Positions 1-9,103 are shown, counted from the stretch's first letter. The stretch is DNA of 64,000 bases from Candidatus Woesearchaeota archaeon (GCA_964367375.1 CAYIXG010000001.1:3905-67904); one strand, 5' to 3'. Made by a program: numbers and translations. Notes: a model not told the origin generated them from the letters alone.

Positions 1-281
1 TTGAAAAAGAACATGGTAATAATTTTCATCTCAGAAGTGTCGTCTCCTGTATTCTGGCCAATTCGATATCGCTGGTACGTTCCTAGTTCTTTGATAAATT
101 CCAATCTTGTTATGCCTGACTCTTCTGCAATTTCTCTTTGTGCGGCAGTAAGGGGTGTTTCTCCATTCTCGATGTGCCCTTTGGGCAATGACCAAGAGAT
201 ACCTTTTTGATTAACTACTAAAACCTGTCCTCTCCTGTTGATTACGACGCCACCAGCGCATGGTGTTTGTTTTGGGTTCAT
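1..281 (-). CDS. NUDIX hydrolase (N-terminal part; gene continues past the left edge)
   Basis: Manual reverse-complement translation from ATG at 281-279 gives [57 protein letters not shown] with a canonical Nudix box (GX5EX7REUXEEXGU). No stop before position 1. Confidence 0.6.
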   Translation of the reverse strand, partial: MNPKQTPCAGGVVINRRGQVLVVNQKGISWSLPKGHIENGETPLTAAQREIAEESGITRLEFIKELGTYQRYRIGQNTGDDTSEMKIITMFFF

Positions 282-320
282 TTAATCACTCAACCATTTT
301 ATGAACGTATGTAAGAGGGA

Positions 321-407
321 TGGTGCAGAGGCCAGGATTCGAACCTGGGAACTCACTAAGAGACAAGCCCCTGAAGCTTGCGCCGTTGACCACTTGGCTA
401 CCTCTGC
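321..407 (-). tRNA. tRNA-Leu(CAG), class II with long variable arm; CCA encoded
   Basis: Revcomp GCAGAGG-TA-GCCAAGTGGTCAACGGC-G-CAAGC-TTCAGGG-GCTTG-TCTCTTAGTGAGTTC-CCAGG-TTCGAAT-CCTGG-CCTCTGC-A-CCA. Perfect acceptor, anticodon and T stems; anticodon CAG; 15-nt variable arm. Confidence 0.8.
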
Positions 408-551
408 AGGAATAGAACAAAAAGTAAATTAAATATATAAAAAGGTATCCTCGAAGAGAAAGGGAATATGTGGTCAAACCAGAGGTTTATAGCCAAAGCT
501 GTAAGATAATAACCTTATTAAAGAAGGACGAATTGGTGTTGAGGGAGAAAA

Positions 552-1895
552 ATGGGTGATCAGGGAAAGCACAGGTATGCTATTATTGTATTGGCTCTCC
601 TTCTTTTAGGAGGCACATACTTTCTTCCCTTGCCATTGCCGCGAGAGGCGCAAGCAACTATTGCTATTACAGTCTTTGCAATGGTTTTATGGATATTTGA
701 GGTTCTTCCGTTATATATCACTGCTCTTGCTGTTGCGGTGTTACTTATCCTCCTCGGGGGGTTTCCTGCAGAAAAAGTATTCGCGCAGTTTTTCGACCGT
801 GTTGTTGTTCTTGTCTTGGGAGGTTTTGTAATTGCGGTGGCGATGCATAAGCATAAGCTGGATGAATATCTTGCATACAAATTATTAGGGAAGTTTAACG
901 TTTCTTCAAAAATGCTGTTGTTAGGGATGATTTTCGTGACAGCATTCCTTTCCATGTGGATGAGCAATTCTGCAGCTGCTGCAATTGCAATGCCGATCGC
1001 GCTTATTGTTCTTGCAAAAAACAAGATGAGGCCGCTGAAATCGAATTTCGGAAAATCAATGGTGCTGGCTGTTGCATATGGAGCGACAATAGGGGGAATA
1101 GGCACTCTTATTGGAAGCACCCCAAATGTGATGACGCAAAAATTTCTGACAGAAAATGGGTTGCAATTTGGATTTCTTGATTGGTTGATCAGGGGTTTTC
1201 CATTCATGGTGGTGATGATAATTATTTGTTGGATTCTTCTTTTTTTGTTTTTTATTCCTGAAAAGAAGAAGGTGAAGATGATCAAACATCCGCACCCATT
1301 CACTGCAAGTCAGAAGAAGGTTGCGGCGATTCTTGCAGGAACAATAATATTATGGATGACTGAGAATGTTCACGGGATTCATAATAGTGTTGTTGCGTTG
1401 ATTCCGGTGGTTCTGCTCTATGTGTTAAACCTTTTGGATGCGCAAGATTTTGGGAAGATTGACTGGGGTTCGTTAGTGCTCATCGGAGGGGGTATTGCGC
1501 TGGGAATGGCGATTGATGTGTCTGGATTGGATGATGTGTTTTCCTCAGGCTTGCACAGTGCGCTTCTCGGAAATTCTTACTTTGTTATATTATTAGCATT
1601 GGCAGGGACAGGGATCCTCATGACGAGCTTTTTGAGTAATACTGCTGCATCTGCAGTGTTAGTTCCTGTGATTACTGTGCTTGCTGCGACATTGGGGTTA
1701 AATGAAACAAATGTTGTTGTTGTGGCTGCAATGGGGGTAAGCCTTGATTTTATTTTCCCGATGGGGACTCCACCCTCTGCGCTTGCGTATGCCACACGAT
1801 ATATTACGATAAAAGACATGATGAAGGCAGGTCTGCTCCTTTCAATACTGGGTGCGTTTGTCCTGGCAGGAATAGCATATTTTACATGGATATAG
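552..1895 (+). CDS. Anion/cation permease of the ArsB/NhaD/CitMHS (DASS-like) superfamily
   Basis: 447-aa polytopic membrane protein with two homologous halves, each with an SNS(A)AAA(I)AMP / GSTPNV-type hairpin motif typical of this transporter superfamily. Confidence 0.5.
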   Translation: MGDQGKHRYAIIVLALLLLGGTYFLPLPLPREAQATIAITVFAMVLWIFEVLPLYITALAVAVLLILLGGFPAEKVFAQFFDRVVVLVLGGFVIAVAMHKHKLDEYLAYKLLGKFNVSSKMLLLGMIFVTAFLSMWMSNSAAAAIAMPIALIVLAKNKMRPLKSNFGKSMVLAVAYGATIGGIGTLIGSTPNVMTQKFLTENGLQFGFLDWLIRGFPFMVVMIIICWILLFLFFIPEKKKVKMIKHPHPFTASQKKVAAILAGTIILWMTENVHGIHNSVVALIPVVLLYVLNLLDAQDFGKIDWGSLVLIGGGIALGMAIDVSGLDDVFSSGLHSALLGNSYFVILLALAGTGILMTSFLSNTAASAVLVPVITVLAATLGLNETNVVVVAAMGVSLDFIFPMGTPPSALAYATRYITIKDMMKAGLLLSILGAFVLAGIAYFTWI

Positions 1896-2023
1896 ATTTT
1901 GAAGAGGTTACACAAGCAGAGGAGAACTCGTAAAAACAGCGGTCCGCATCTTTTTCGATACCATGAAAAAACTATAAACCCACTTTACGGTCAATGTATG
2001 GGTTTACGGCCAAAGCCAGAATA

Positions 2024-2066
2024 ACAGAAACCTTTATATATAACTTCACTTTTCTATTTATAAACA
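2024..2066 (+). promoter_or_regulatory. Archaeal BRE/TATA promoter region upstream of tfb (two TATA-like boxes)
   Basis: Purine-rich ACAGAAACC followed by TTTATATATA (2033-2042), and a second ATTTATAAA at 2056-2064. These sit 55-85 nt upstream of the tfb ATG. Confidence 0.4.
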
Positions 2067-2118
2067 TTGTTATGCTTTAGTACAATAATGGTACTTGTTG
2101 TGGGGGTTGGACACAGGT

Positions 2119-3042
2119 ATGGCAACATATATTAAGAAATGTCCGGAGTGCGGAAGCATTCATCTTTCTATTGATAAGGAAAAGGGAGAAGTCACCTGTA
2201 AAGATTGTGGTCTTGTCATCGAAGAGAAGATGATAGACTTTGGTCAGGAATGGAGGGAGTTTGAGGATTCTGAGGAGAAGCGAAGGCGCACTGGAGCTCC
2301 CATGACATATACGCGTTATGACAGAGGTTTAGGCACAGATATTGGTCAGAAGGGAGATATTTTTCAGTTAAAGGGCAAGGGAATGAACAAGTTCTTCCGC
2401 TTGCGAAAATGGCAGTATCGCATTTCGACCGCTATTGAACGCAATTTGAAGCTCGCTCTTGCAGAATTGAAGAGGGTTGCATCGTATTTGAAACTGCCAA
2501 AATCTGTGGAAGAAGAAGCTGCACGAATTTACACGCTTGCAGTGCAGCGTGGATTAGTAAGAGGCAGATCAATGGAGTCTGTTGTTTCAGGAGCGTTGTA
2601 TGCAGCGTGCAGGCGTCATGAAGTGCCGCGAACATTAGATGAGCTTTCAGAAGCCTCAGGTATTGATAAGAAGGAAGTGGGCAGAACATATCGCTTTATC
2701 ACTAGAGAATTAGGTATTAGAATTCTTCCGAGTAACCCTGTGGATTACATTCCACGCTTTGCATCTGCATTGAAATTAACTGCGGAAACTCAGTCAAAGG
2801 CAGTGGAAATTTTGGAGATGGCGGAAAAATCTGAATTAACTTCAGGTCGTGGTCCGACAGGGATTGCCGCAGCCTCATTGTATGTTGCTGCCTTGATGAA
2901 TAATGAGAAGAGAACGCAGAGGGAAGTAGCAGATATTGCAGGAGTGACTGAAGTGACTATTCGAAACAGATATAAAGAGCTGTTTAAGCGGTTAAAGTTG
3001 AAGGATATGATTAAGGAGAAGAAGAAAAAAGAGGGAGAGTGA
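2119..3042 (+). CDS. tfb: Transcription initiation factor IIB (TFB)
   Basis: N-terminal Zn ribbon CPECGS...CKDCG, followed by two cyclin-fold repeats and a C-terminal HTH (GVTEVTIRNRYKEL). Start taken at the first ATG, MATYIKKCPECG. Confidence 0.9.
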   Translation: MATYIKKCPECGSIHLSIDKEKGEVTCKDCGLVIEEKMIDFGQEWREFEDSEEKRRRTGAPMTYTRYDRGLGTDIGQKGDIFQLKGKGMNKFFRLRKWQYRISTAIERNLKLALAELKRVASYLKLPKSVEEEAARIYTLAVQRGLVRGRSMESVVSGALYAACRRHEVPRTLDELSEASGIDKKEVGRTYRFITRELGIRILPSNPVDYIPRFASALKLTAETQSKAVEILEMAEKSELTSGRGPTGIAAASLYVAALMNNEKRTQREVADIAGVTEVTIRNRYKELFKRLKLKDMIKEKKKKEGE

Positions 3043-3043
3043 T

Positions 3044-3862
3044 GTGCCTATCGGTGCGTTTATTTCGTTAATCAAAAAGAGCGTTGATGACCTCAAGAAG
3101 AATCTCATTGTTCTTGTTCCTGATGCGTTGCAGCTTGTTCTTTTTGTTGTATGTGGGTATATTATTCTGAAGGCAACAGGTATTCTGAATCTATTGTTTG
3201 AGTTAAAAAAGATTGATGATCCATTCCAAGTTCGGCAATTAGTGAGCGCAAACCTCTCCTCGTTTGGCGTTGCCACAATTATCGCAGTCGTGGTGTTCTT
3301 TTTTATCTCTTGTTTTTGTACAGGAATGCTTTTTTCCATGGTGAAGCAGGTCATAGTAAAAAAGAAGTCTTCTCTTCAAGAAGGATTGAAGGGAGGGGCA
3401 GCGTTTTTCTGGAGGATTGCTGCGGTGAAGCTGGTGATGGCGTTGTACGTTGCACTGGTCACCTTTTGTGGTCTTATTCTCCTGGTTCTTTTAAGTTTTG
3501 TCGGGAAGATTATAGGAGCAATTCTTGGCGGTTTATTAATCATTGTTGTGTACTTTTTCATTATAGTGGCATTCTTTTATAGGTACCCTGCGTTGTTCAG
3601 GCACGAAAAAACAGGGATGCAAGCAATGAAGGATGCGTTCACTTTTTTTAAAAAGGATAAGAAGTTTGTTATTGTCACAGCTGCAATCATTTATTTGATG
3701 TTTACAGGAGTCAACATTCTCACACAGTTGTTGCAGTCTGCGTTTGGTCAGGTAGTGGGAGTAACGGTGAGCGTTGTGCTGGGCATCATGATCAGCACGT
3801 GGTCTGCGCTGTTTTTGTATCACGCATATCTTGAAAGCGGGAAGAAGAGCAGCAAAGGTTAG
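3044..3862 (+). CDS. Hypothetical integral membrane protein
   Basis: 272 aa, GTG start right after the tfb stop, with at least 6 predicted TM helices. No recognisable motif. Confidence 0.4.
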   Translation: MPIGAFISLIKKSVDDLKKNLIVLVPDALQLVLFVVCGYIILKATGILNLLFELKKIDDPFQVRQLVSANLSSFGVATIIAVVVFFFISCFCTGMLFSMVKQVIVKKKSSLQEGLKGGAAFFWRIAAVKLVMALYVALVTFCGLILLVLLSFVGKIIGAILGGLLIIVVYFFIIVAFFYRYPALFRHEKTGMQAMKDAFTFFKKDKKFVIVTAAIIYLMFTGVNILTQLLQSAFGQVVGVTVSVVLGIMISTWSALFLYHAYLESGKKSSKG

Positions 3863-4758
3863 ACTCCTTTTGCTTCTCGTCTGAAGAGTGTTCCTTTCTT
3901 GAAGGGAAGGACCCAAGAAACCCAATCATGCAAAGCTTCATAACTTTTATTTGTAGTAAATCTTCCTGATCGAAGCCGTTGTTTGATGCATGCAATCAAG
4001 GCCTCTTCAGAAGAAAGATCCAGGTCTTCTCTAAATTCAGTATACGCAATGCCGATGTCTTCGATCCTATGTGCGTCAGAAACAGCAATAGCTGGTTTTC
4101 GGTGATGATGTGCAAAGATTTGCGCTCTGTCATTTGCTGCTCTGCTGTATTGTCCGAGGAAGGGGAATCGTGAAAGAAAGCGCGGAAGGGTGAGCTGTGC
4201 GTTATGTCCTTCAATGGCATCATACTGCTGCAAAAATCGTTCAAGCAAATCTTCGCCAACGCCTCTATGAAGAGTAACAAACGGATGTTCTGCAATTTGA
4301 ACAAGTCCTCTGTCGCTGCAATAGGTGAGAGTGTCTTGCAGGCTCATATCATTAGGTACACTGTTGCTTCCGATGACGAGATGGTCAATGACGCGGTCGC
4401 CTTCCCTGGCCATAACTGTTTGGCTGTTGACAAAAATGACGCGCTTGAAATCTCCTTCGATGCCAGGCATTTTTTCAACAACAGAGACCTTCTTTCCCAC
4501 ACGATTGTGCGTGTATCCTGGGCGGAGTGTAGAAGTATATCTCCATTGGGTAAGATATCCAAATCGGTCATGGACAGAACCGTGGGGGATTTCGCGCTCT
4601 TGGCTGGTGACTGCGCAGAGGTTTATTCCTCTGGTGATGGCTGCGTCGACAAAGAGCTGGAGCAAGTTTCTGCCCTCGTATCCTTGTGCGCAAAGCCAGT
4701 GGTCTTGAAAGCCAATTGGGCCGTGTGCGTGAAGGTCTGCTTTTACCGTTTCTGTCAT
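3859..4758 (-). CDS. PHP-domain metal-dependent phosphoesterase
   Basis: N-terminal KADLHAHGPIGFQDH (PHP motif I) with further conserved His/Asp downstream (AVSDAHR, HHH). Confidence 0.55.
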   Translation of the reverse strand: MTETVKADLHAHGPIGFQDHWLCAQGYEGRNLLQLFVDAAITRGINLCAVTSQEREIPHGSVHDRFGYLTQWRYTSTLRPGYTHNRVGKKVSVVEKMPGIEGDFKRVIFVNSQTVMAREGDRVIDHLVIGSNSVPNDMSLQDTLTYCSDRGLVQIAEHPFVTLHRGVGEDLLERFLQQYDAIEGHNAQLTLPRFLSRFPFLGQYSRAANDRAQIFAHHHRKPAIAVSDAHRIEDIGIAYTEFREDLDLSSEEALIACIKQRLRSGRFTTNKSYEALHDWVSWVLPFKKGTLFRREAKGV

Positions 4759-4807
4759 GAAAGAAAGAATAAACAGGTATTTTTAAGCATAACTCATAAT
4801 CATAAAA

Positions 4808-5701
4808 TTAAACAGATATTTTCATGAAGTCGTCAGCAGCAATGGTGTGCGGGAATATGGCTGTCGCTTCTGCAAGGAGCTCATCAACGTTTTTGTATCT
4901 CTGGCTAAAGTGGGTTAAGATGAGTTTTTTTGCCTTTGCTTTTTTTGCAATGGTTGCTGCTTGCGCTGCAGTTAAATGCTTGTATTCCTCTGCTTTCTCT
5001 GTGAGCGCTGAGGAGAACGTTGAATCTGCAACAAGGATGTCTGCTTCTTTCGCTGCTTTTGCAATGTTTGCGCAGATGTTTGTATCCAGGATAAACACGA
5101 TTTTCTTTCCTTTTTGAAGAAAGGTTACTTGGTGAGGGGTAATCTTTTTGCCTTTGAAGGTGATAGGTTTTCCCTCTTGGAGTGTGCCAAGAATTGGCCC
5201 TTGAGGAATGCCAATTTTCTTCACATAATCTATGTTTATTTTTCGTTTGTCATGTTCGAGGAAGGTGTATGCAATGCAGGGGATGCTGTGATTGAGGGCG
5301 TGTGCAAGTAAGGAGTAATCTTTGCCAGTGTAAAAAATGCCGTCCTTTGTAATTTCATGTACCTTAATGGGAATTCTTCGCTCTAAAGTGAAGATGGTAA
5401 GGAGTTGAGCAAGTCGTGCCTTTGTTCCTTTTGGTCCGAAGAGTTCAAGTGTTCCGTGGTAGTTGTTCTTTGCAAGGTTCTCAATAAGCCCTGGCAAGCC
5501 AAAGTAATGGTCGCCATGCCAGTGTGTAAGGAGAATTTTGGTGATTTTGGGCGGGGGAAACCCTGCAATGCGCAGTTGCCGCTGCGTGCCTTCGCCGCAG
5601 TCAATAAGAAGGTGTTCATTGGTGTGACTAAGCAAAATGCCGCTGTGGTTGCGGGTTGCCGTTGGCACCATGCTTCCAGTGCCGAGAAAGAGGATTTCCA
5701 T
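4808..5701 (-). CDS. rnz: Ribonuclease Z (tRNA 3'-processing endonuclease, metallo-beta-lactamase fold)
   Basis: MEILFLGTGS...THWHGDHYFGLPGL (HxHxDH), ~297 aa. Start placed at the ATG at 5701 rather than the upstream extension of the six-frame ORF. Confidence 0.8.
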   Translation of the reverse strand: MEILFLGTGSMVPTATRNHSGILLSHTNEHLLIDCGEGTQRQLRIAGFPPPKITKILLTHWHGDHYFGLPGLIENLAKNNYHGTLELFGPKGTKARLAQLLTIFTLERRIPIKVHEITKDGIFYTGKDYSLLAHALNHSIPCIAYTFLEHDKRKINIDYVKKIGIPQGPILGTLQEGKPITFKGKKITPHQVTFLQKGKKIVFILDTNICANIAKAAKEADILVADSTFSSALTEKAEEYKHLTAAQAATIAKKAKAKKLILTHFSQRYKNVDELLAEATAIFPHTIAADDFMKISV

Positions 5702-5734
5702 GGTTTTGTGCAGGGAAACGTTTTTAAATAATTT

Positions 5735-6292
5735 GTGCTTTGCAGGAGGATGTCTGACACAGAAGGAAACCTGGAAAAAGTGAAAGGCACCTTTGCACAG
5801 GGAAGAGTTGTTGCCGAGCACAGAGGTGCGGCAAAGGCGTTGCATACGAAGAGTAGGTTTGGTGAGGTGAAGGATGATAAGGTGAATTATTCATTCATTG
5901 AAGCGTTCTATTTGTTTGAGCAGAATAAGTTGGAAATAAAGGAGGGGAGGAAGAAAGTAACAAAAAAGCAGCTGTTGCAGAGGGCAGAGCAGAAAGAGAA
6001 GAATTTTTGGGTGAGGTATTGCGTCTTTCGCGAGTTGCGGTCTCGCGGCTATATTGTAAAGACAGCGTTAAAGTTCGGTGCAGATTTTCGGGTGTATGAT
6101 AAGGGTGTGAAGCCGGGTGAGGATCATGCGCGGTGGATTGTGTTTCCAGTAAAAGAATCAGAAACATTGACGTGGTATGAGTTGAGCGCGAAGAATCGGG
6201 TTGCGCATTCAACAAGAAAGCACCTTTTAATTGGTGTTGTTGATGAAGAGGATGATGTGACATTTTACGAATCACAGTGGATTCGTCCGTAG
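5735..6292 (+). CDS. endA: tRNA-splicing endonuclease EndA
   Basis: C-terminal catalytic domain KFGADFRVYDKG...HARWIVFPV and NRVAHSTRKHLLIGVVD (conserved Tyr/His/Lys triad region). Size matches the homotetrameric archaeal type; the true start may be the ATG at 5750. Confidence 0.75.
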   Translation: MLCRRMSDTEGNLEKVKGTFAQGRVVAEHRGAAKALHTKSRFGEVKDDKVNYSFIEAFYLFEQNKLEIKEGRKKVTKKQLLQRAEQKEKNFWVRYCVFRELRSRGYIVKTALKFGADFRVYDKGVKPGEDHARWIVFPVKESETLTWYELSAKNRVAHSTRKHLLIGVVDEEDDVTFYESQWIRP

Positions 6293-6309
6293 AAAGAATG
6301 ATATATTTC

Positions 6310-6648
6310 TTAGTCAAGGCAGATGCAGCTTTGAAATCCAAAGTTTCGTGCTTCTCTGAGTGATTGGAAGGATATTCTGTTCTTGGTGTTGATGTCTTCT
6401 GCAAGGGTGCAGTGCACATCGTGTACTTCTCTTGTTTGTTTGTCACCAATGTATGCTCTCATAACTCCTGTGGATTGGAGGAAAACGCGTTCGATGCGTT
6501 CAAGTCTTCGAATGATGTCATATTGTCTATTTTCTAAAGCAATGATGTCATTCTGAACGTAGTGGAATGAGTTCTGTACTTTTTGGTCGAAATGGCGGAG
6601 TTGTTTGGTGATCATCATCGGAGGATTTTGAAAGAGGTTTATAAACAT
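6310..6648 (-). CDS. Hypothetical coiled-coil protein (possibly prefoldin-beta-like)
   Basis: 112 aa with a predicted helix, a beta-hairpin (GVMRAYIGDKQT) and a second helix. Weak resemblance only. Confidence 0.3.
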   Translation of the reverse strand: MFINLFQNPPMMITKQLRHFDQKVQNSFHYVQNDIIALENRQYDIIRRLERIERVFLQSTGVMRAYIGDKQTREVHDVHCTLAEDINTKNRISFQSLREARNFGFQSCICLD

Positions 6649-6755
6649 AACTCATAATAAACGCTTAATAATCATAATATGGGTTAGGGAGAGGAAAAGG
6701 AGCACATAGTGTGGCATCATAATCCTTATAAGACTGCAATCATGTATGCTATAGT

Positions 6756-7574
6756 ATGGAGCCATTGAAAGAGAAAGTGTTGAAGTTTGTGCAGGAGCAC
6801 GGTCCTGCAGTGCCTTTGGAAGTATCAAAAGGGGTCGATCGGGAGAGTATTTTTGTGGGCGCTGTCTTGTCTGATTTGTTATCAAATAAGATGATTAAGA
6901 TTTCGAAAGCGAAGGTGGGTGGCAGTCCCTTGTATTATGCTGCTGGTCAAGAAGAAAATCTGTCAAGGCTCTTTAACTCGCTTCCAGAAAAGGAGAAAGA
7001 GGTGTATAATCTCTTGAAGGAGAAGAAGTTTATTGCAGATGAGGATGCGGAGCCTGCAGTGCGGGTTGCATTGCGGATGTTGCAGGATTTTGCAATGCCT
7101 ATGGAAATGGAAGGGAGGCTATTCTGGAGGTGGCATTTGACGCCGCAAACAGAGTTTAATCTGCAACAGCAAGTGCAGCCAAAAAAGGAGATCATGCAAG
7201 TACAAGAGCAGAAGCAGGTGCGCCTTTTCCCAGTGAAGAAGAGTGTCAAGGATGAGGGAATAGATGATTTTACGAATGTTGTAGATAATTATATCAAGAA
7301 GAATAATATTGTTATACTCAGCAAAGAATATATCAAGAAGAATAGGGAATTAGGAATGATGGTGCAGGTGCCATCAAATGTAGGTTCAATGCAGATGTAC
7401 CTCCTTGCAAAGAATAAGAAAACAATTACAGATAATGACATGATTCTTGCATACAATAGGGGGAATGAAAAAAAGCTGCCAACGCTCTTTTTGACTGCAG
7501 GAACGGTCACAAAGAAGGCAGAAATGTACAAGGAAAAGAATTTAAAAGGGTATGTGATCATACGCTCGTTATGA
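6756..7574 (+). CDS. Hypothetical protein with N-terminal winged-helix-like domain
   Basis: The N-terminal ~70 aa (VLKFVQEHGPAVPLEVSKGVDRE...) look like a wHTH; the rest is Lys-rich and uncharacterised. Confidence 0.35.
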   Translation: MEPLKEKVLKFVQEHGPAVPLEVSKGVDRESIFVGAVLSDLLSNKMIKISKAKVGGSPLYYAAGQEENLSRLFNSLPEKEKEVYNLLKEKKFIADEDAEPAVRVALRMLQDFAMPMEMEGRLFWRWHLTPQTEFNLQQQVQPKKEIMQVQEQKQVRLFPVKKSVKDEGIDDFTNVVDNYIKKNNIVILSKEYIKKNRELGMMVQVPSNVGSMQMYLLAKNKKTITDNDMILAYNRGNEKKLPTLFLTAGTVTKKAEMYKEKNLKGYVIIRSL

Positions 7575-8422
7575 AGAAGCAGGTTGTGTTCTTTGTTTTC
7601 TGGATGCTAGTCTTTACTGCAACTGCTTTTGGTGCAGTAGATAATATTGTTGATTATCTGCTGAAGATGGATGATCAGTATTATCTTGTTGTGGGTGCTG
7701 AAGGCAAAGGAGAAGATGTCTTTGCAGCCTCTGAAATTGCTGCAGCGATGAAGAAGGATTTTTCCGTTGATTTGCAAATTGGCGTTGAAGGGAAGGTAAG
7801 CGCAAAGGTAAGCAAGATTCTTGTTGGTCATCCCTGTGATAATAAGTTGATTGATCTGCCCTGTGATGATTGGCCATATAATGAGGGAGAAGCGCTCATA
7901 AAGATGATTGGGAATGATTTGATTATTGCAGGATCAACCCCTGAGGACACGAGGCGTGCAGCAGAAGTGATCACGCATTACAAAGATTTTCCGTTGTTGG
8001 AAAAACAGAAAGAGGTCATTGTGAAGGGAGACTCTTTGGAATATCAACTGCTTATTCTAGAGCCAGTGAAGAAGCAGTCCGAGTTTGTGTGCGGTGATAA
8101 TGTGTGTGAAACAGGAGAAAAAGTGTTTTGTTTTGCTGATTGCTTGCAAAAGAGCTGTTATGTATTGTGTGCAGAGCAGAAATTCGCGCAGTCCTTTTGT
8201 CGAAATGTGAAATCAAATCCGAATGTTCCTTCCTGTTTGTCTGGGGAAAGTGATTTTGGTGGAGGATATTGTGCGAATAAGATGACCTGCTGTTGTTTTA
8301 CTCCTTCTGCAGAGCCTGTGCAAGAGGAGCAGCAGGAACTTCCAGCAACCGAAGAGCCAAAAAAGAGTTTGCTCCAATGGCTGTTGAATGCAATCAAAGA
8401 GTTTTTTGCTATTCTTTTTTGA
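7571..8422 (+). CDS. Secreted protein with S-layer-like N-terminal domain and Cys-rich C-terminal region
   Basis: Signal peptide, then LVVGAEGKGEDVFAASEIAAAM, which resembles the archaeal S_layer_N domain. The C-terminal half has ~15 Cys. Confidence 0.4.
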   Translation: MKKQVVFFVFWMLVFTATAFGAVDNIVDYLLKMDDQYYLVVGAEGKGEDVFAASEIAAAMKKDFSVDLQIGVEGKVSAKVSKILVGHPCDNKLIDLPCDDWPYNEGEALIKMIGNDLIIAGSTPEDTRRAAEVITHYKDFPLLEKQKEVIVKGDSLEYQLLILEPVKKQSEFVCGDNVCETGEKVFCFADCLQKSCYVLCAEQKFAQSFCRNVKSNPNVPSCLSGESDFGGGYCANKMTCCCFTPSAEPVQEEQQELPATEEPKKSLLQWLLNAIKEFFAILF

Positions 8423-8427
8423 CATAA

Positions 8428-8730
8428 TCAGTTACTTAAACTAGTTTCTTCTTTGTAAGAGGGTGGTCCTCTGCTTCTGATGACATGGTATCTTGTTTCA
8501 ACAGTATAAATCTGTCCTTGGGGAAGATCATCAAAGAATTCTTGTAAAAAAATATCAATCTTTTTTGCAATGCCTTCTTCGCGAACATCACACACGTGCA
8601 GTCCAAAAATGTCATGCCGTGCGTCAATATCATCATAATGGATGCCGCGGCGAATGTTTCTCTCTTCTAATGCCTGCTGTGCCTTCTGTGCATATCCTAT
8701 GAGTTCAGGATGGAAGAGTTTAGCGTCCAT
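8428..8730 (-). CDS. Hypothetical protein
   Basis: ~100-aa ORF starting MDAKLFHPELIGYAQK with good codon usage. No motif recognised. Confidence 0.35.
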   Translation of the reverse strand: MDAKLFHPELIGYAQKAQQALEERNIRRGIHYDDIDARHDIFGLHVCDVREEGIAKKIDIFLQEFFDDLPQGQIYTVETRYHVIRSRGPPSYKEETSLSN

Positions 8731-8837
8731 AGATATCACTTTTCTTTCAAGAAACACTTTTTGGAAGCTTTTTAAAATTTTCTTGTGTATAGTGAATCAG
8801 AAAAAGAAAGAGATCTACTTAAGGATGGGTAGGGAAA

Positions 8838-8848
8838 CGTTTTTAAAG
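8838..8848 (+). promoter_or_regulatory. TATA-like box upstream of the tRNA-Asn / tRNA pair
   Basis: GTTTTTAAAGA, ~28 nt upstream of the tRNA 5' end at 8874. Confidence 0.3.
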
Positions 8849-8873
8849 AAACCTCGCTGTTTTTTGATGCAGT

Positions 8874-8960
8874 GCCTCGGTAGCTCAGCTCGGTAGAGCA
8901 CGTGGCTGTTATAAACCAGCAGATACCACGCGGTCGAAGGTTCAAATCCTTCCTGAGGCG
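8874..8960 (+). tRNA. tRNA-Asn(GUU) with a 13-nt canonical anticodon-loop intron
   Basis: GCCTCGG-TA-GCTC-AGCTCGGTA-GAGC-A-CGTGG-CTGTTA[t aaaccagcagat]a-CCACG-CGGTC-GAAGG-TTCAAAT-CCTTC-CTGAGGC-G. All stems pair; the mature molecule would be 74 nt. Confidence 0.7.
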
Positions 8961-8963
8961 GAT

Positions 8964-9100
8964 GGGCCGGTAGCTCAGCCTGGCTGGAGCACAGGAATGA
9001 AAATTGAAATTCCGCTCTATCGACTGATAGCATCAGGTCAGGCATCGAGAGTATCAACAGATACCGATAAAGGTCGGAGGTTCAAATCCTCTCCGGCCCA
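8964..9100 (+). tRNA. Intron-containing tRNA gene, isotype unresolved (137 nt; ~62 nt of intervening sequence)
   Basis: Perfect acceptor stem GGGCCGG/CCGGCCC+A, canonical D arm TAGCTCAGCCTGGCTGGAGC, and T arm GGAGG-TTCAAAT-CCTCT. The 84 nt between them cannot be folded by eye into one anticodon arm plus a single 37/38 intron. The gene sits 3 nt after tRNA-Asn. Confidence 0.5.
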
Positions 9101-9103
9101 CTC

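Noticed and set aside
1-210. Plus-strand 69-aa ORF at the left edge
   Set aside because: It lies antisense to the much better-supported NUDIX hydrolase reading frame, which has a canonical Nudix box, and has no motif of its own.
560-1303. 247-aa minus-strand ORF (plus several shorter ones) inside the permease gene
   Set aside because: It is an antisense shadow ORF in a coding region. The sense strand encodes a coherent 447-aa transporter.
5895-6449. 184-aa minus-strand ORF overlapping endA
   Set aside because: Its Pro/Ser/Thr-rich translation is typical of an antisense frame. The sense strand has the EndA catalytic motifs.
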